A stretch of DNA of 63,451 nucleotides, filler included, from an uncultured Chlamydiae bacterium (GTDB taxonomy: Bacteria; Chlamydiota; Chlamydiia; Chlamydiales; SM23-39), in the NCBI GenBank assembly GCA_937899275.1. It is 12 parts of 12 records of this genome, joined end to end, with 100 filler letters (N's around TTAATTAATTAA, not from the genome) between each part and the next. Parts side by side here need not be neighbours in the genome. Positions count along the whole stretch, not along the records: positions 13,065 to 34,432 come from CALBPE010000056.1; 11 more parts are not named here. One strand, written 5' to 3'. Below, in pieces: positions 19,604 to 29,520 of the stretch. Under the pieces are notes generated by a model. That model was given only the letters and a program-made list of their open reading frames with translations, ran no database searches and was not told the origin of the DNA. The translations under genes and the position numbers were made by a program. Positions within the stretch are counted from its first letter, which is position 1; the number at the start of each line of letters is the position of its first letter.

Positions 19604-20683
19604 TTAAAAGTCGAATTGCAGCCCTGTTTTAAGCCCGTGAAATACCAAATCTCCCAATAAGATAGAGATGTTGTCTGTTTGGGTATTGGTAAAAAAGTTT
19701 TCTAGTGCTGCAGCTTTTGCTACATTTTGCCCAGAAAAATACTCGATTTCGTAGGAGGCAAAAAGCTTTATACAAACGGCATCTCCTAAGGTTTTTGAGT
19801 TCCATGCGGCGCCTAAGGACATTTGCCAGTTGGGTTTAAAAAATCGGTAGTATTGCAAGAGATCAAGGGAGTTATCGGTTACGTCGGTTGTGTCGTAAAG
19901 ATCTCCACGTACTCTTTGGCTTTGATAGATAAGGGATGCGCCAAAAGAAGAGGTGCTGCTGAATCCATATCCGATTAACCAATCAAGAGAAAACCCGAAT
20001 CTAGGCCCAATGAACCAGGTATCTGTTGTAAATTGGGTAGGCAGCTCCTCTGTTGATCCAACTAAGGTGACTTCTGTTCGTAGTTTTTGGTCGATAAAAC
20101 CAAATTTAGGACCTACAAAGGGTGTGAAAATCAGACGGGAGCTAAAGTAGCTTGGTCTCATAAGACAGAGATCGATCTGGTCTAAGTCTAATTGGAATGA
20201 GGAAATTACAAATGAAGCTGTTTGATTTACTGCGCCAGGAGAGGTAAATCCAGGGTTGACTACCATGGAGCCTCCGGGAGGGGGCGCTGTGCTACTATCT
20301 GTTCTCGTATGCAGCCTTGTGTACTTTCCTTTTCCCATCCAATGGTCTGTGCCTAAGCTTGTGGTGATGCTAGCTGTAAATCCAGGATGAAATTCTGTTT
20401 TTTGGTAAGCAGTGATCGCAGAGGGGGGAGTAGCTGCTGTTTGCATGCTGGCAATCCCCATGTTTTCTTGCATCACATTCCAGAAAAGAAAGCTGCCTGA
20501 AAGGGCAATGTCCCAAGAGTCTGATCCCTGCACTTTTGCAGGCGCAAGGCCGCCTAACGGCATGTTCTTTTGATAGAAGTGTTTTTCTTTTGTTTTTGGT
20601 GTAGAGACTGCATAAACAGAAGATGTTGAAAGAATACATGCCGCACATATTGTGATGCAGCGAGATAAAAAAGAGCGTTTCAT
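19604..20683 (-). CDS. MOMP-like / Lpg1974-family outer-membrane beta-barrel
   Basis: Signal peptide; SFLFW...E, F.PGF, GPRFG; terminal LQFDF. Confidence 0.8.
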   Translation of the reverse strand: MKRSFLSRCITICAACILSTSSVYAVSTPKTKEKHFYQKNMPLGGLAPAKVQGSDSWDIALSGSFLFWNVMQENMGIASMQTAATPPSAITAYQKTEFHPGFTASITTSLGTDHWMGKGKYTRLHTRTDSSTAPPPGGSMVVNPGFTSPGAVNQTASFVISSFQLDLDQIDLCLMRPSYFSSRLIFTPFVGPKFGFIDQKLRTEVTLVGSTEELPTQFTTDTWFIGPRFGFSLDWLIGYGFSSTSSFGASLIYQSQRVRGDLYDTTDVTDNSLDLLQYYRFFKPNWQMSLGAAWNSKTLGDAVCIKLFASYEIEYFSGQNVAKAAALENFFTNTQTDNISILLGDLVFHGLKTGLQFDF

Positions 20684-20777
20684 AAGATACTTCCTAAAAG
20701 AAAAATAAATTACATATATTATGTAAGCGAGCTGTTTAAAGCAAAATATTCTTTAGTAGGGAGGAAGGTTTTAAGGC

Positions 20778-20809
20778 AAAAAAAATGGGTTACAAAAAGT
20801 AACCCATTT
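20778..20809 (-). terminator. Intrinsic terminator after 20838..21998
   Basis: AAATGGGTTAC-N5-GTAACCCATTT followed by U-tract on minus strand. Confidence 0.8.
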
Positions 20810-20837
20810 CTCTGAAAGATTTTTTTTATAAAAAATC

Positions 20838-21998
20838 TTAGAAGTCAACTTTCGCTGTGAAAGTTAAACCGTGGTACGATAGATTTCCTGGAGAGCTAAA
20901 TGAGCCGGAAAGAGAATCTACGTTTGTTCTATTCACGTTTTGACCTTCGAACTGTTGGAATATGTACTCAGCGAATACATCAAAGTGAAATTCTTCCATT
21001 GGATACATTCCCCATCCTAGACCAAGGGCTAACTCAGTGTTGGAACGTACATGTCTATACGTGTTTTTCACAAGTCCATTTGTGTATGTAGAAGAAGCAG
21101 AGTTTTCTATATCGAAACGAGCTCTTTGTCTTTGGTACAATAAGCTTCCTGCGAAAGATCCGCTAGCTCTTATACCGTAACCTAAGATCCAGTTCATGTC
21201 GAGGCCCATACGAGGTCCGACAAACCAACTTTTGGATCTATGCTTGTTGCGAAGAAAAGTTGTTCCAGAAGCAAGTAGATTGCTTACGTTGAATCTTTGG
21301 TCCAAAAATCCACCTCTTGCGCCCATGAATGGAGCTGCAGTGAGCATTTGGCCTAAGTACATCCAACGAGCTGTTTCTACGTCGATTACGTCAAGATCAC
21401 ATTGCCATCTAGACTTTGCTTGTGTCAATGTATCTCTCAATGCAATAGCTGTGATATCAGAATCGTCGCTATAGTTGTTGCTATAAAGTGCGCCGTTTGT
21501 TGTTGTTGGAGCAAAACTACTTTCGTTATTAGAAAAATGTAGTCTTGTGTACTCTACAGTACCTGTCCAATCATCTGTTCCTAGGTAGCTAGAAGCAGCA
21601 ACTTTAAATCCAGGTTCGAAATCAAACTTCTGGAAAACTAGCCCTACAGTGTTTGTTGGAGTAGTTCCCGTATCATAAATTGCAAAGTCCATGCCTTCTT
21701 GGCTTGCATGCCAATAGATGAAACTTGCTGATAGAGCAATGTCCCAACCGCAATGTGGATTGATTCTAGCTGGGGCAGAATAACCACATTTTAAGTCGTA
21801 ATTTGCGTAGCCAGGTCCTTTTCCAAGTAAGTCATCGCAAGGGTTTTTTACCTTAGGAGGGCACTTTTTCGGTTTAGGACATGGTTTCGTTTGTATGCAT
21901 TTATCTTTGCTGCGTGAACGCGTCGCTGCATACATATTTGACGAGGAGAGTAAAAGGCCCCCCATCATCATTAGCGTTCCTACGAATCTATATCTCAT
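20838..21998 (-). CDS. MOMP-like / Lpg1974-family porin with Cys/Pro/Lys-rich N-terminus
   Basis: Paralog of 19604..20683 (WDIALS.SF..W, GPR.G); terminal KVDF. Confidence 0.8.
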   Translation of the reverse strand: MRYRFVGTLMMMGGLLLSSSNMYAATRSRSKDKCIQTKPCPKPKKCPPKVKNPCDDLLGKGPGYANYDLKCGYSAPARINPHCGWDIALSASFIYWHASQEGMDFAIYDTGTTPTNTVGLVFQKFDFEPGFKVAASSYLGTDDWTGTVEYTRLHFSNNESSFAPTTTNGALYSNNYSDDSDITAIALRDTLTQAKSRWQCDLDVIDVETARWMYLGQMLTAAPFMGARGGFLDQRFNVSNLLASGTTFLRNKHRSKSWFVGPRMGLDMNWILGYGIRASGSFAGSLLYQRQRARFDIENSASSTYTNGLVKNTYRHVRSNTELALGLGWGMYPMEEFHFDVFAEYIFQQFEGQNVNRTNVDSLSGSFSSPGNLSYHGLTFTAKVDF

Positions 21999-22329
21999 CT
22001 TTCAGAGCTCCTGTTGTACAGATTTTTTTATCTAAACTTGATGGTAAAAAAATGCTTTCTTTAGAGCAAATTATTTTTAAGATAAAGGGGGAATGCCCTC
22101 TTTATTTCTGCTAGAACTTTCTAGGAAGGGTTGATCTTAAGTTATTAACTGTAAAAGGTATGTGAAATTAAAGATCGCCTGCAATCGGAGTGCAAAAAAA
22201 TATTCACTTGGCTGGTAATCAGCCGCCATTTTTTCATTAAATGCGAAAAAATTGTGTTATTTTTCAAAAAGTCGTACTTGGGTTATTCTATATTATGATA
22301 GATATGGTATTTTTCATTTTGTGTAAATT

Positions 22330-22800
22330 ATGAAGTGTCCTTTTTGTAAGCATGAAGAATCAAAAGTAACCGATTCGAGAACAGCATCTGATATTCATGG
22401 GATCAGAAGAAGAAGAGAATGTCTCAAATGCTCAAAGCGTTTCACAACATTTGAGACCGTCGATCTTCTTTTGCAGGTGAAAAAAAGAAGCGGTACTTAT
22501 GAAGATTTTCAACCGGATAAGCTCATCAGAGGCCTCGATAATGCTTGTAGGCATAGCAGAATAGGTCATGCTGCTGTGCGGAAAATCGCAGAAGATATCA
22601 CCAAAGAGCTTAGCGATAGCAATGCGCGTGTGATTACTGCCGAGAAATTAGGCGATCTTGCTATGAAGTATCTCCAAGAAAGAGATGTCGTTGCATATAT
22701 TCGTTTTGCTTGTGTATATAAACGATTTAAAGACATCGACGATGTCATTGATGCAATCCAGTCCACCAATCCAAAAGATGCTGCGACAGATTGCGTGTAA
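22330..22800 (+). CDS. nrdR: Transcriptional repressor NrdR
   Basis: MKCPFC, DSR, IRRRREC..C.KRFTTFE, VAYIRFA.VY. Confidence 0.97.
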   Translation: MKCPFCKHEESKVTDSRTASDIHGIRRRRECLKCSKRFTTFETVDLLLQVKKRSGTYEDFQPDKLIRGLDNACRHSRIGHAAVRKIAEDITKELSDSNARVITAEKLGDLAMKYLQERDVVAYIRFACVYKRFKDIDDVIDAIQSTNPKDAATDCV

Positions 22801-22825
22801 CTCTGATCAAATAGGGAGAATAACT

Positions 22826-23194
22826 GTGGCACTTACAAAAGAATCGATTGAAAAATACAAAAGTCAACTGCTTCAGCTTAAAGCAAAGATACTACATAAG
22901 CTTGCAGAAACAGATGAAGAGGTAAAAGAAATGGTTGCCTCTAAAGGCTACTCCCAGCATCAGGCAGATGAAGGATCAGATGACTTCGATCAGGCGATTG
23001 CTTTGCAACTGTCTGATGAAGATCGCTCTATTCTACGAAAAATTGACCGCGCCTTAGAAAAAATAGAAGAGGGGACGTTCGGGATTTGTGAAGTGTGCGG
23101 TAAGGAAATTTCTGAAAAAAGACTCGATGCGATTCCCTATGCTGTGACCACTCTTCGCTGTCAAGAAGAGCGTGAAAAAAGGAAAGAAGGATGA
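22826..23194 (+). CDS. dksA: DksA/TraR family protein
   Basis: GTG start after GGGAG; HQADEGSD; KIDRALEKIEEGTFGICEVCG.EI...RL.AIP. Confidence 0.9.
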   Translation: MALTKESIEKYKSQLLQLKAKILHKLAETDEEVKEMVASKGYSQHQADEGSDDFDQAIALQLSDEDRSILRKIDRALEKIEEGTFGICEVCGKEISEKRLDAIPYAVTTLRCQEEREKRKEG

Positions 23195-23697
23195 AAAAAG
23201 CGCTCGTCTTTATAGCAACCTTACTTTTTTTCGATGTGTTTAGCAAATACCTCACCTATACTTATATACCTCAAATGCGTTGGATGCATGTAGCCTACCC
23301 GTATGGAGGTTATGGGATTTTTCAAGATGTCCTCGGCGGACTGAGTATTTCCATCAATCATGTGCAAAATAAAGGCGCTGCTTGGGGACTTTTTTCTGGC
23401 TATAGCGATCAATTGCTTCTTTGTAGAATGGTCATCATACTTGCTCTTTTGCTCTATACAGCTATGTTTATCCATAATCCGTTCCAAAAAAAACTCTTTT
23501 TTTGTGTCATTGCAGGTGCAATAGGTAATGTAATCGACTATTTTGTTTATGGGTCGGTGATTGATATGATTCATGTAAATTTATGGGGCTATACTTTCCC
23601 TTTGTTCAATTTTGCCGATATGTACATTAGCTTGGGAATTGCCGCTCTTTTATTTTCTCCATTATTTCAAAGAAATCATTACAAAGCGTCCTATTAA
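23191..23697 (+). CDS. lspA: Signal peptidase II
   Basis: N.GAAWG, GAIGN..D, V.D, FN.AD. Confidence 0.93.
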   Translation: MKKALVFIATLLFFDVFSKYLTYTYIPQMRWMHVAYPYGGYGIFQDVLGGLSISINHVQNKGAAWGLFSGYSDQLLLCRMVIILALLLYTAMFIHNPFQKKLFFCVIAGAIGNVIDYFVYGSVIDMIHVNLWGYTFPLFNFADMYISLGIAALLFSPLFQRNHYKASY

Positions 23698-23772
23698 CAA
23701 GTTTTTAAGGGAAAAAATCTCGCTTTGTACATTGGCGTTGCCGTATACTTTGTGAGTTCATGAGGTGTTTTT

Positions 23773-24924
23773 TTGCAGATAGAAATTCTTGCTATAGGAG
23801 ACGAGCTTTTAGAAGGGTCAGTGATCAATACGAATGCTGCTTATATTAGCAGCGTGCTTGGAAAAGCGGGATATACATGCTCTTTTCAGCAAGTGATAGG
23901 CGATCATCTGCACAAGGGAATTGCGTGGATACAAGCGGCTTTTTCCCGAGCAGATTTGGTTTTTTTAACAGGAGGCCTTGGCCCAACGCAAGATGATCTG
24001 ACAAGAGCGATGTTAGCAGAGATCTTTTCTATTGAACCTTTATTATATAAAAATCCAGCAGGGGTGGAACCTGCCCAGGTATACACGCAAAATGGGAAGA
24101 TGCTCATCGCTTTACCTGGAGTGCCAAAAGAGCTCTACGCGCTATTTCCTGGAGAAATTTTACCGAAAGTAGAGGCTTTTTTCCCAAAAGAACATGTCTT
24201 GAGTACAAAAGAGCTATGTATTGGCGGAAAAAAAGAAGTAGATGTCGATGCCTATGTCCGGAAGCTATCAAGAACGTATCCCTCGGTAAAAATCGGGATA
24301 TATCCTTCTTTAGGAACCCTTCGCCTGCTTTTTTCTACAAAGGATTCTGCAGATACTTTAGATGCGTTTGTTTTGGCCGTAGAAAGTGCGTATTTTTCCT
24401 ACGTCTTTTCTCATAAAGGAGAATCGATACAAGAGGCTTTTCATGCAGTATGCCGCGAAAAACAGCTGACCATTGCTTTTGCGGAATCTTGTACAGGTGG
24501 AGCTCTCGGCGCTGCTATCACAGAGCTTCCCGGCGCCTCTTCTTACTTTCTTGGATCTATTGTGGCGTACAGTGAAGATATGAAAAAACGTTATTTAGAT
24601 GTCTCAAAGAAAACACTTTTCCATCAAGGGGCAGTTAGTATTGAAACCGTTGAAGAAATGGCCACATCGCTTAAAAACAATTCTTCCGCAGACTACGTAG
24701 CGGCAGTTTCTGGTATGTTAGGCTCGCTGAAAGAAGAGGCGCAGTCTACTATTTCTGCGGGGAAGGTGGCTATCTGTATACACAGTCCAAAACAACTTTT
24801 TTCTGGTTGGATTCAGGCGCCAAAAAATCGCAATTCAGGGATCGAGTATACGGTACATTTTGTGCTGTTTTCTCTTTGGAGACTGATCACACAAGGTAAA
24901 CCTCCGGAGTTTCATGGGATATAA
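23773..24924 (+). CDS. cinA: CinA (MoCF-like + PncC NMN deamidase)
   Basis: IGDELL.G...NTN, TGGLGPT.DDLT, LPGVP, AESCTGG, PGASSYF. Confidence 0.9.
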   Translation: MQIEILAIGDELLEGSVINTNAAYISSVLGKAGYTCSFQQVIGDHLHKGIAWIQAAFSRADLVFLTGGLGPTQDDLTRAMLAEIFSIEPLLYKNPAGVEPAQVYTQNGKMLIALPGVPKELYALFPGEILPKVEAFFPKEHVLSTKELCIGGKKEVDVDAYVRKLSRTYPSVKIGIYPSLGTLRLLFSTKDSADTLDAFVLAVESAYFSYVFSHKGESIQEAFHAVCREKQLTIAFAESCTGGALGAAITELPGASSYFLGSIVAYSEDMKKRYLDVSKKTLFHQGAVSIETVEEMATSLKNNSSADYVAAVSGMLGSLKEEAQSTISAGKVAICIHSPKQLFSGWIQAPKNRNSGIEYTVHFVLFSLWRLITQGKPPEFHGI

Positions 24925-25702
24925 ACTGTTGGATAGCGGCTATGGGAAAAAATTAGAAGCTTTTGGGGATGTAGTTCTTGAAAGGCCGTCGCCTCATGCG
25001 CTTTGGCGCCCCTCGTTTCCTAAGCTTTGGGATAAGATAGATCTATCTTTTTCTCGAGAAAAAGGTTGGAAAGGAGAAAAACGCTCTTGGATAGCTACGT
25101 TTGCAGATTTAGCGTTTCATTTTGCACCTACGGATTTTGGTCACGTCGGGTTTTTTCCAGAGCACCAGAGCCTTTGGAGCCTTTGTCCTTTTGCAAAAGG
25201 ACAAAAAGTACTCAATCTTTTCGGGTATACAGGGGCATTTAGTATTCGGGCAGCAAAGCAAGGCGCTTTTGTAACCCATGTCGATGCTTCTAAGCCTGCG
25301 GTTTTATGGGCAAAAAAAAATGCAGCAGAAAATCACATCGATTCGATTCGCTGGATTGTAGAGGATGCAATGAAATTCCTGAAAAAAGAGCAAAGAAGAG
25401 GATCTTTGTATGATGGAATCATCATGGACCCGCCCTCTTTTGGTAGAGGAGCTAAGGGAGAGGTATTCCAAATTGAAACAGATTTACTCGATCTTTTAGA
25501 TGGCGTTTTTTCTATTTTGAAAAAAAACCGCTCCTATCTTCTTGTTTCTTGTCATACTCCAGGATTTACTCCTTTGATTTTAGAACAGATGTTAGGAAAA
25601 AATAGGAAAGGCGGCTGTAAAAGAATCGAACTTTTTTTAGGGGACTCTTCCCAAGTACAAATCCCAGCAGGAGTAGGTGTATTTTGGCAAAGCCCTTGTT
25701 GA
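24914..25702 (+). CDS. Class I SAM-dependent (rRNA) methyltransferase
   Basis: LLDSG..KLE.FG, GFFPEH, LNLFGYTG, DPPSFG. Confidence 0.88.
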   Translation: MGYKLLDSGYGKKLEAFGDVVLERPSPHALWRPSFPKLWDKIDLSFSREKGWKGEKRSWIATFADLAFHFAPTDFGHVGFFPEHQSLWSLCPFAKGQKVLNLFGYTGAFSIRAAKQGAFVTHVDASKPAVLWAKKNAAENHIDSIRWIVEDAMKFLKKEQRRGSLYDGIIMDPPSFGRGAKGEVFQIETDLLDLLDGVFSILKKNRSYLLVSCHTPGFTPLILEQMLGKNRKGGCKRIELFLGDSSQVQIPAGVGVFWQSPC

Positions 25703-26499
25703 TTACCTCATCGAAAAACCTACGCATCAAGCAGATTCATAAGCTCAAAAAACCTCGAGAAAGAAAGCGATCAAGGCGCTTTCTTATTGAGGGATATAGA
25801 GAAATTTTGCGCGCAAAACAAGGTGGCATTTTCATAGAAGAGCTCTATATTTCTGAGGAGCTATTCATCCAAAAGAAAAATGAATATTCTTTGATCGATA
25901 GCTTGGTAGAAAAAGGCGCTTTGCTTTTTTCTTTAGATGCCCCTCTTTTTTCTACCCTATCTTTTCGAGATAGACCAGATGGCCTTCTTGCCATTGCCAA
26001 GCAAAAGCAAGATCAATTAGAAGAAATCATGTGGGAAGAAGATCCCTTTCTCGTTGTCGCAGAAACCATTGAAAAGCCGGGTAATTTAGGAACAATTTTA
26101 CGATCAGCAGATGCAGCTGGAGTAGATGGGGTAATCGTTGCAGACCCTTGCACAGATATCCATAATCCGAATGTCATCCGTTCTAGCGTAGGTTCGATTT
26201 TTACACAAAAAGTGGTAGAAGTAGATCGAGAAGCTGCATTCGAGTTTTTAGATAAAAAAAAGATCCGAAAAGTTGCGGCAACGCCTCATGCATCGCAAAC
26301 CTTTACCGACGCTGATTTAACAGGTCCTATCGCGATCTTAGTAGGATCAGAGCAGTATGGACTTTCCGATGAGAGTTTACATGCAGCGGATCTATCGGTG
26401 CGTATACCCATGCTCGGATGCGCAGATTCATTAAATGTAGCACAAGCAACCACACTTCTTTTATATGAAGTTCTTCGACAAAGACATACTACATCTTGA
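25684..26499 (+). CDS. TrmH/SpoU RNA methyltransferase
   Basis: KPGNLGTILRSADA, GSEQYGL, IPM.G...SLNV. Confidence 0.92.
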   Translation: MAKPLLITSSKNLRIKQIHKLKKPRERKRSRRFLIEGYREILRAKQGGIFIEELYISEELFIQKKNEYSLIDSLVEKGALLFSLDAPLFSTLSFRDRPDGLLAIAKQKQDQLEEIMWEEDPFLVVAETIEKPGNLGTILRSADAAGVDGVIVADPCTDIHNPNVIRSSVGSIFTQKVVEVDREAAFEFLDKKKIRKVAATPHASQTFTDADLTGPIAILVGSEQYGLSDESLHAADLSVRIPMLGCADSLNVAQATTLLLYEVLRQRHTTS

Positions 26500-27142
26500 C
26501 CGGCATCTTGTGATTGTCAATAAACCTGCAGGAATTGTAACGCAAAGAGATCCCGCAGATCGTACAAATAGCGTAGAAGATGCTTTACAAAAGTATCTCT
26601 GCCATCTTTTGGCAAAACCGAAGGTATTTTGTCATCCCGTACATAGATTAGACAAAAATGTATCGGGAATTTTGGTGTTTGCCACATCTTCTAAAGCGCT
26701 TAGCCGCCTTCAACAAGCCTTTAGAGAAAGAGATTCGATAGAAAAAACCTATTACGCCCTTGTCGAAGGAAGGATCCAAAAAGAGGGTACTTTGCGTCAT
26801 TACCTAGAAAAAAAATCGTTTCACGCAAAAGTGTACGAGCAAAAACACCCCCATGCGAAAGAAGCGGTTTTATCCATTGCCATCCTTTTGCAAGAAAATC
26901 CCTCTCTTATCGCTATTCAATTGCATACAGGTAGGTACCACCAAATCCGGGCGCAGCTTGGGTTTATTGGTCATCCTATTTGTGGCGATCAAAAATATGG
27001 CTCAAAAACATCTTCTCATCAGATCGATCTACATCATGGCAAGCTGATTTTTTCGCATCCGGTAACAAAGAGCTCTATAATAGTGGTCTGTAAGCCTCCT
27101 TTTCTAGATGCAACTATGTGGGCGCAGATTACTCGGCAATAG
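26465..27142 (+). CDS. RluA-family pseudouridine synthase
   Basis: VNKPAG, VHRLD..VSG, TGRYHQIR, GHPICGD.KYG. Confidence 0.92.
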   Translation: MKFFDKDILHLDRHLVIVNKPAGIVTQRDPADRTNSVEDALQKYLCHLLAKPKVFCHPVHRLDKNVSGILVFATSSKALSRLQQAFRERDSIEKTYYALVEGRIQKEGTLRHYLEKKSFHAKVYEQKHPHAKEAVLSIAILLQENPSLIAIQLHTGRYHQIRAQLGFIGHPICGDQKYGSKTSSHQIDLHHGKLIFSHPVTKSSIIVVCKPPFLDATMWAQITRQ

Positions 27143-27709
27143 CGGCAAAGTATTTTTTTAATACCATCTTCTCTTACGTTTATTGAAAACGCAGCATAAG
27201 CTCTTGCTACTTGTTTTTCTGCAGGGGGTAAACTCCTGATTGCAGGAAATGGAGGCAGCCTTTGCGATGCGATGCACTTCGCTGAAGAGCTGACGGGGCA
27301 ATTTCGAAAAAAAAGAGCGCCCCTTGCTGCTATTGCTTTAGGCGATCCATCTCATATGAGCTGTACAGCAAACGATATGGGGTTTGAAGAGGTGTTTTCC
27401 CGGTTAGTAGAAGCGTATGGTAAAAAAGGCGATATTTTGGTCGTTTTAACTACAAGTGGTCAGTCGGTCAACTTGATTCGGGCTCATGCAAAAGCAAAAG
27501 ATAAGGGACTTTTTACCATAGCATTTTTAGGCAAAACAGGAGGGCCTATGTTAGGATCTTCTGATTTAGAGTGGTTAGTGGAAGGTTTTCCTACTTCGGA
27601 CAGAATTCAAGAAGCGCATATGGCGGCAATCCATATCATTATTGAAATGGTAGAAAAATACATGGGCTATGCACCGAAAAACCAGCAAGTAGCCGAAGCC
27701 TTTTCCTAA
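27143..27709 (+). CDS. gmhA: Phosphoheptose isomerase; 5' region disrupted (in-frame TAA 27197-27199)
   Basis: FIENAA*ALATCFSAGGKLLIAGNGGSLCDAMHFAEE, TSG.S.N, RIQEAH. Confidence 0.88.
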
Positions 27710-28756
27710 ATGTATGCGAAGTTACTATCGTATCTTTTTCTCAGAGTACGTAAAAAGATCCTTGAGAAAAAAAAGGGACCCATCTCTTTTTTGCTTTGGG
27801 TAAGTAGCTTTTTTTTTGCAGCAGCTACATGGATCCATAGGCGTTTTTACACCGCCTTTCCTCGGTTTTCCTACACATCTTCCTCTTTTGTGATCAGTAT
27901 AGGAAGTCCTATTGCGGGAGGTAGAGGTAAAACGCCATTTACTCTATTCCTACTTTCTTTACTTCCGCAAGATTCTTGCGCGGTGCTTTCTAGGGGATAT
28001 CTATCTACAGCAGAATCCAGTAATGCCATCATCCCACCTTTTCTTATCGATCCTGAAAAGTATGGAGATGAGCCTTCTTTGATTGCAAAAAACTACCCTA
28101 AAGCTATGGTTATTGTGGGAAAAAATCGAGCTAAAAGCGCAAAAATTGCAGAAGCTCATCACAAAAAGCTGCTCATTTTAGATGACGGGATGCAGCATAG
28201 AAAGCTGCAAAAAAATATAGAAATCATCCTCTTGAAAGCAAGCGATCTACACGAAAAACTCTACTACCTACCGAGGGGTTTTTTTCGCGAACATTTACGG
28301 CAGATGAAAAACGCCGATCTTCTGGTAATTGAGGGAGAAAGTTTCGATGAAAAAGCTCTTAGAAAGTATACAAAAGCTCCCATTGTCCTATGGAAAAAAG
28401 AGCTAAAAAAGCCTATTTTTCCCCCAAACCTACCCTTTTCTAAAGACGTAGCGGTTCTCACATCCATTGCTTGTCCAGAGCTATTTATCGATGCGGTAAA
28501 AAAACAGGGTTTTTCTATCAAACAGGAGCGCTGTCTGAGAGATCACGCGCCGATTTCTTCTTCTCTTCTTACCTCCTTTTGGAAGAAGAGCCGATCTCAA
28601 GGAGCAAAATGCATTCTCTGTACAGAAAAAGACTTCATTAAGCTGCCTAAAAACTGCTCTATTCCAGTGAGTTATATCCCAATGTCGGTGAAGATTCATG
28701 AGGGAGAAGCGCATCTGCGCCGCTTCGTCGACGAGTTGATGTGCTTATTTAATTAA
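27710..28756 (+). CDS. lpxK: Tetraacyldisaccharide 4'-kinase
   Basis: GGRGKTP, LSRGY, GDEP, LDDGMQH, DH, TEKD. Confidence 0.92.
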   Translation: MYAKLLSYLFLRVRKKILEKKKGPISFLLWVSSFFFAAATWIHRRFYTAFPRFSYTSSSFVISIGSPIAGGRGKTPFTLFLLSLLPQDSCAVLSRGYLSTAESSNAIIPPFLIDPEKYGDEPSLIAKNYPKAMVIVGKNRAKSAKIAEAHHKKLLILDDGMQHRKLQKNIEIILLKASDLHEKLYYLPRGFFREHLRQMKNADLLVIEGESFDEKALRKYTKAPIVLWKKELKKPIFPPNLPFSKDVAVLTSIACPELFIDAVKKQGFSIKQERCLRDHAPISSSLLTSFWKKSRSQGAKCILCTEKDFIKLPKNCSIPVSYIPMSVKIHEGEAHLRRFVDELMCLFN

Positions 28757-28830
28757 AATAATAATAGTAAATAAAAATATTTAATTTTAATTAATTTTTT
28801 GATATAATAGTATTTTAAAAGGGTTTTTAT

Positions 28831-29430
28831 ATGTCTAATATATCAGAAGTAAAACCATGGTATGATTATACTACGCACTGGACAGACTATGTGCCCATCA
28901 TAAGTACCTGCGTATCAATTACCAAAGTGCTTATGGGAAACTCTATTCTTTGCTGTTCTCGCATCGATCCTGTTAGGGTAAAGTGCATTTCTCATTTTCA
29001 AATAGTTAGGGAAATTCTGCTATTTATTCCGGTCATTGGCAACCTAGTTGTACTCTTGATGGACGATTTTGCTGATTTACCGAAACAGAAAAAATTCTTT
29101 TCAAGTCTAACCCCTTCTGAAGCAAACAGTAATAGTAGAGATGAATCACACTCTGGTGAAGAAAATCCTGAGCAAGTTCTCTCCTTTGACGAAAGGCGTA
29201 TTGCACTTTTAATGGACCGTTTTGCTAAAAAGCCAAGTGAAGGCGATCAGGCTCTTGAAGCATATTTCTCCGCTGGCTTGGAAGAAAAAATGCAGGAAAA
29301 TCCAAAGGAATGGAGGCTACTTTCTAGACATGATGGTAAGATTTGCGGGTCAACATTGTCTGCGCCAGAAAGTCTTAATGGCCCCTGTACGCTCACCTTA
29401 GACGAGCCTGATTACTCGGATCTTGACTGA
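28831..29430 (+). CDS. Hypothetical protein with two hydrophobic segments
   Basis: ORF after AT-rich promoter-like spacer; DYVPIIST and LFIPVIGNLVV segments. Confidence 0.7.
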   Translation: MSNISEVKPWYDYTTHWTDYVPIISTCVSITKVLMGNSILCCSRIDPVRVKCISHFQIVREILLFIPVIGNLVVLLMDDFADLPKQKKFFSSLTPSEANSNSRDESHSGEENPEQVLSFDERRIALLMDRFAKKPSEGDQALEAYFSAGLEEKMQENPKEWRLLSRHDGKICGSTLSAPESLNGPCTLTLDEPDYSDLD

Positions 29431-29520
29431 TTCTGAATAAGAGCTCTATTTTGCCTTTCATATAACGCGCTTTTTCAAGATTTCTTAGGGAAAAATTCCA
29501 CATCTTCGTACAATAAGAGT

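Noticed and set aside
19230..19632. ORFs 19230-19499 and 19408-19632
   Set aside because: Overlap the tRNA and the non-coding repeat
2837..27712. Global TAA=Lys code producing atpB-atpD or gmhA-lpxK fusions
   Set aside because: TAA sits at the expected ends of atpB, nrdR, lspA, gmhA and others; the lnt and atpA internal stops align to non-Lys residues
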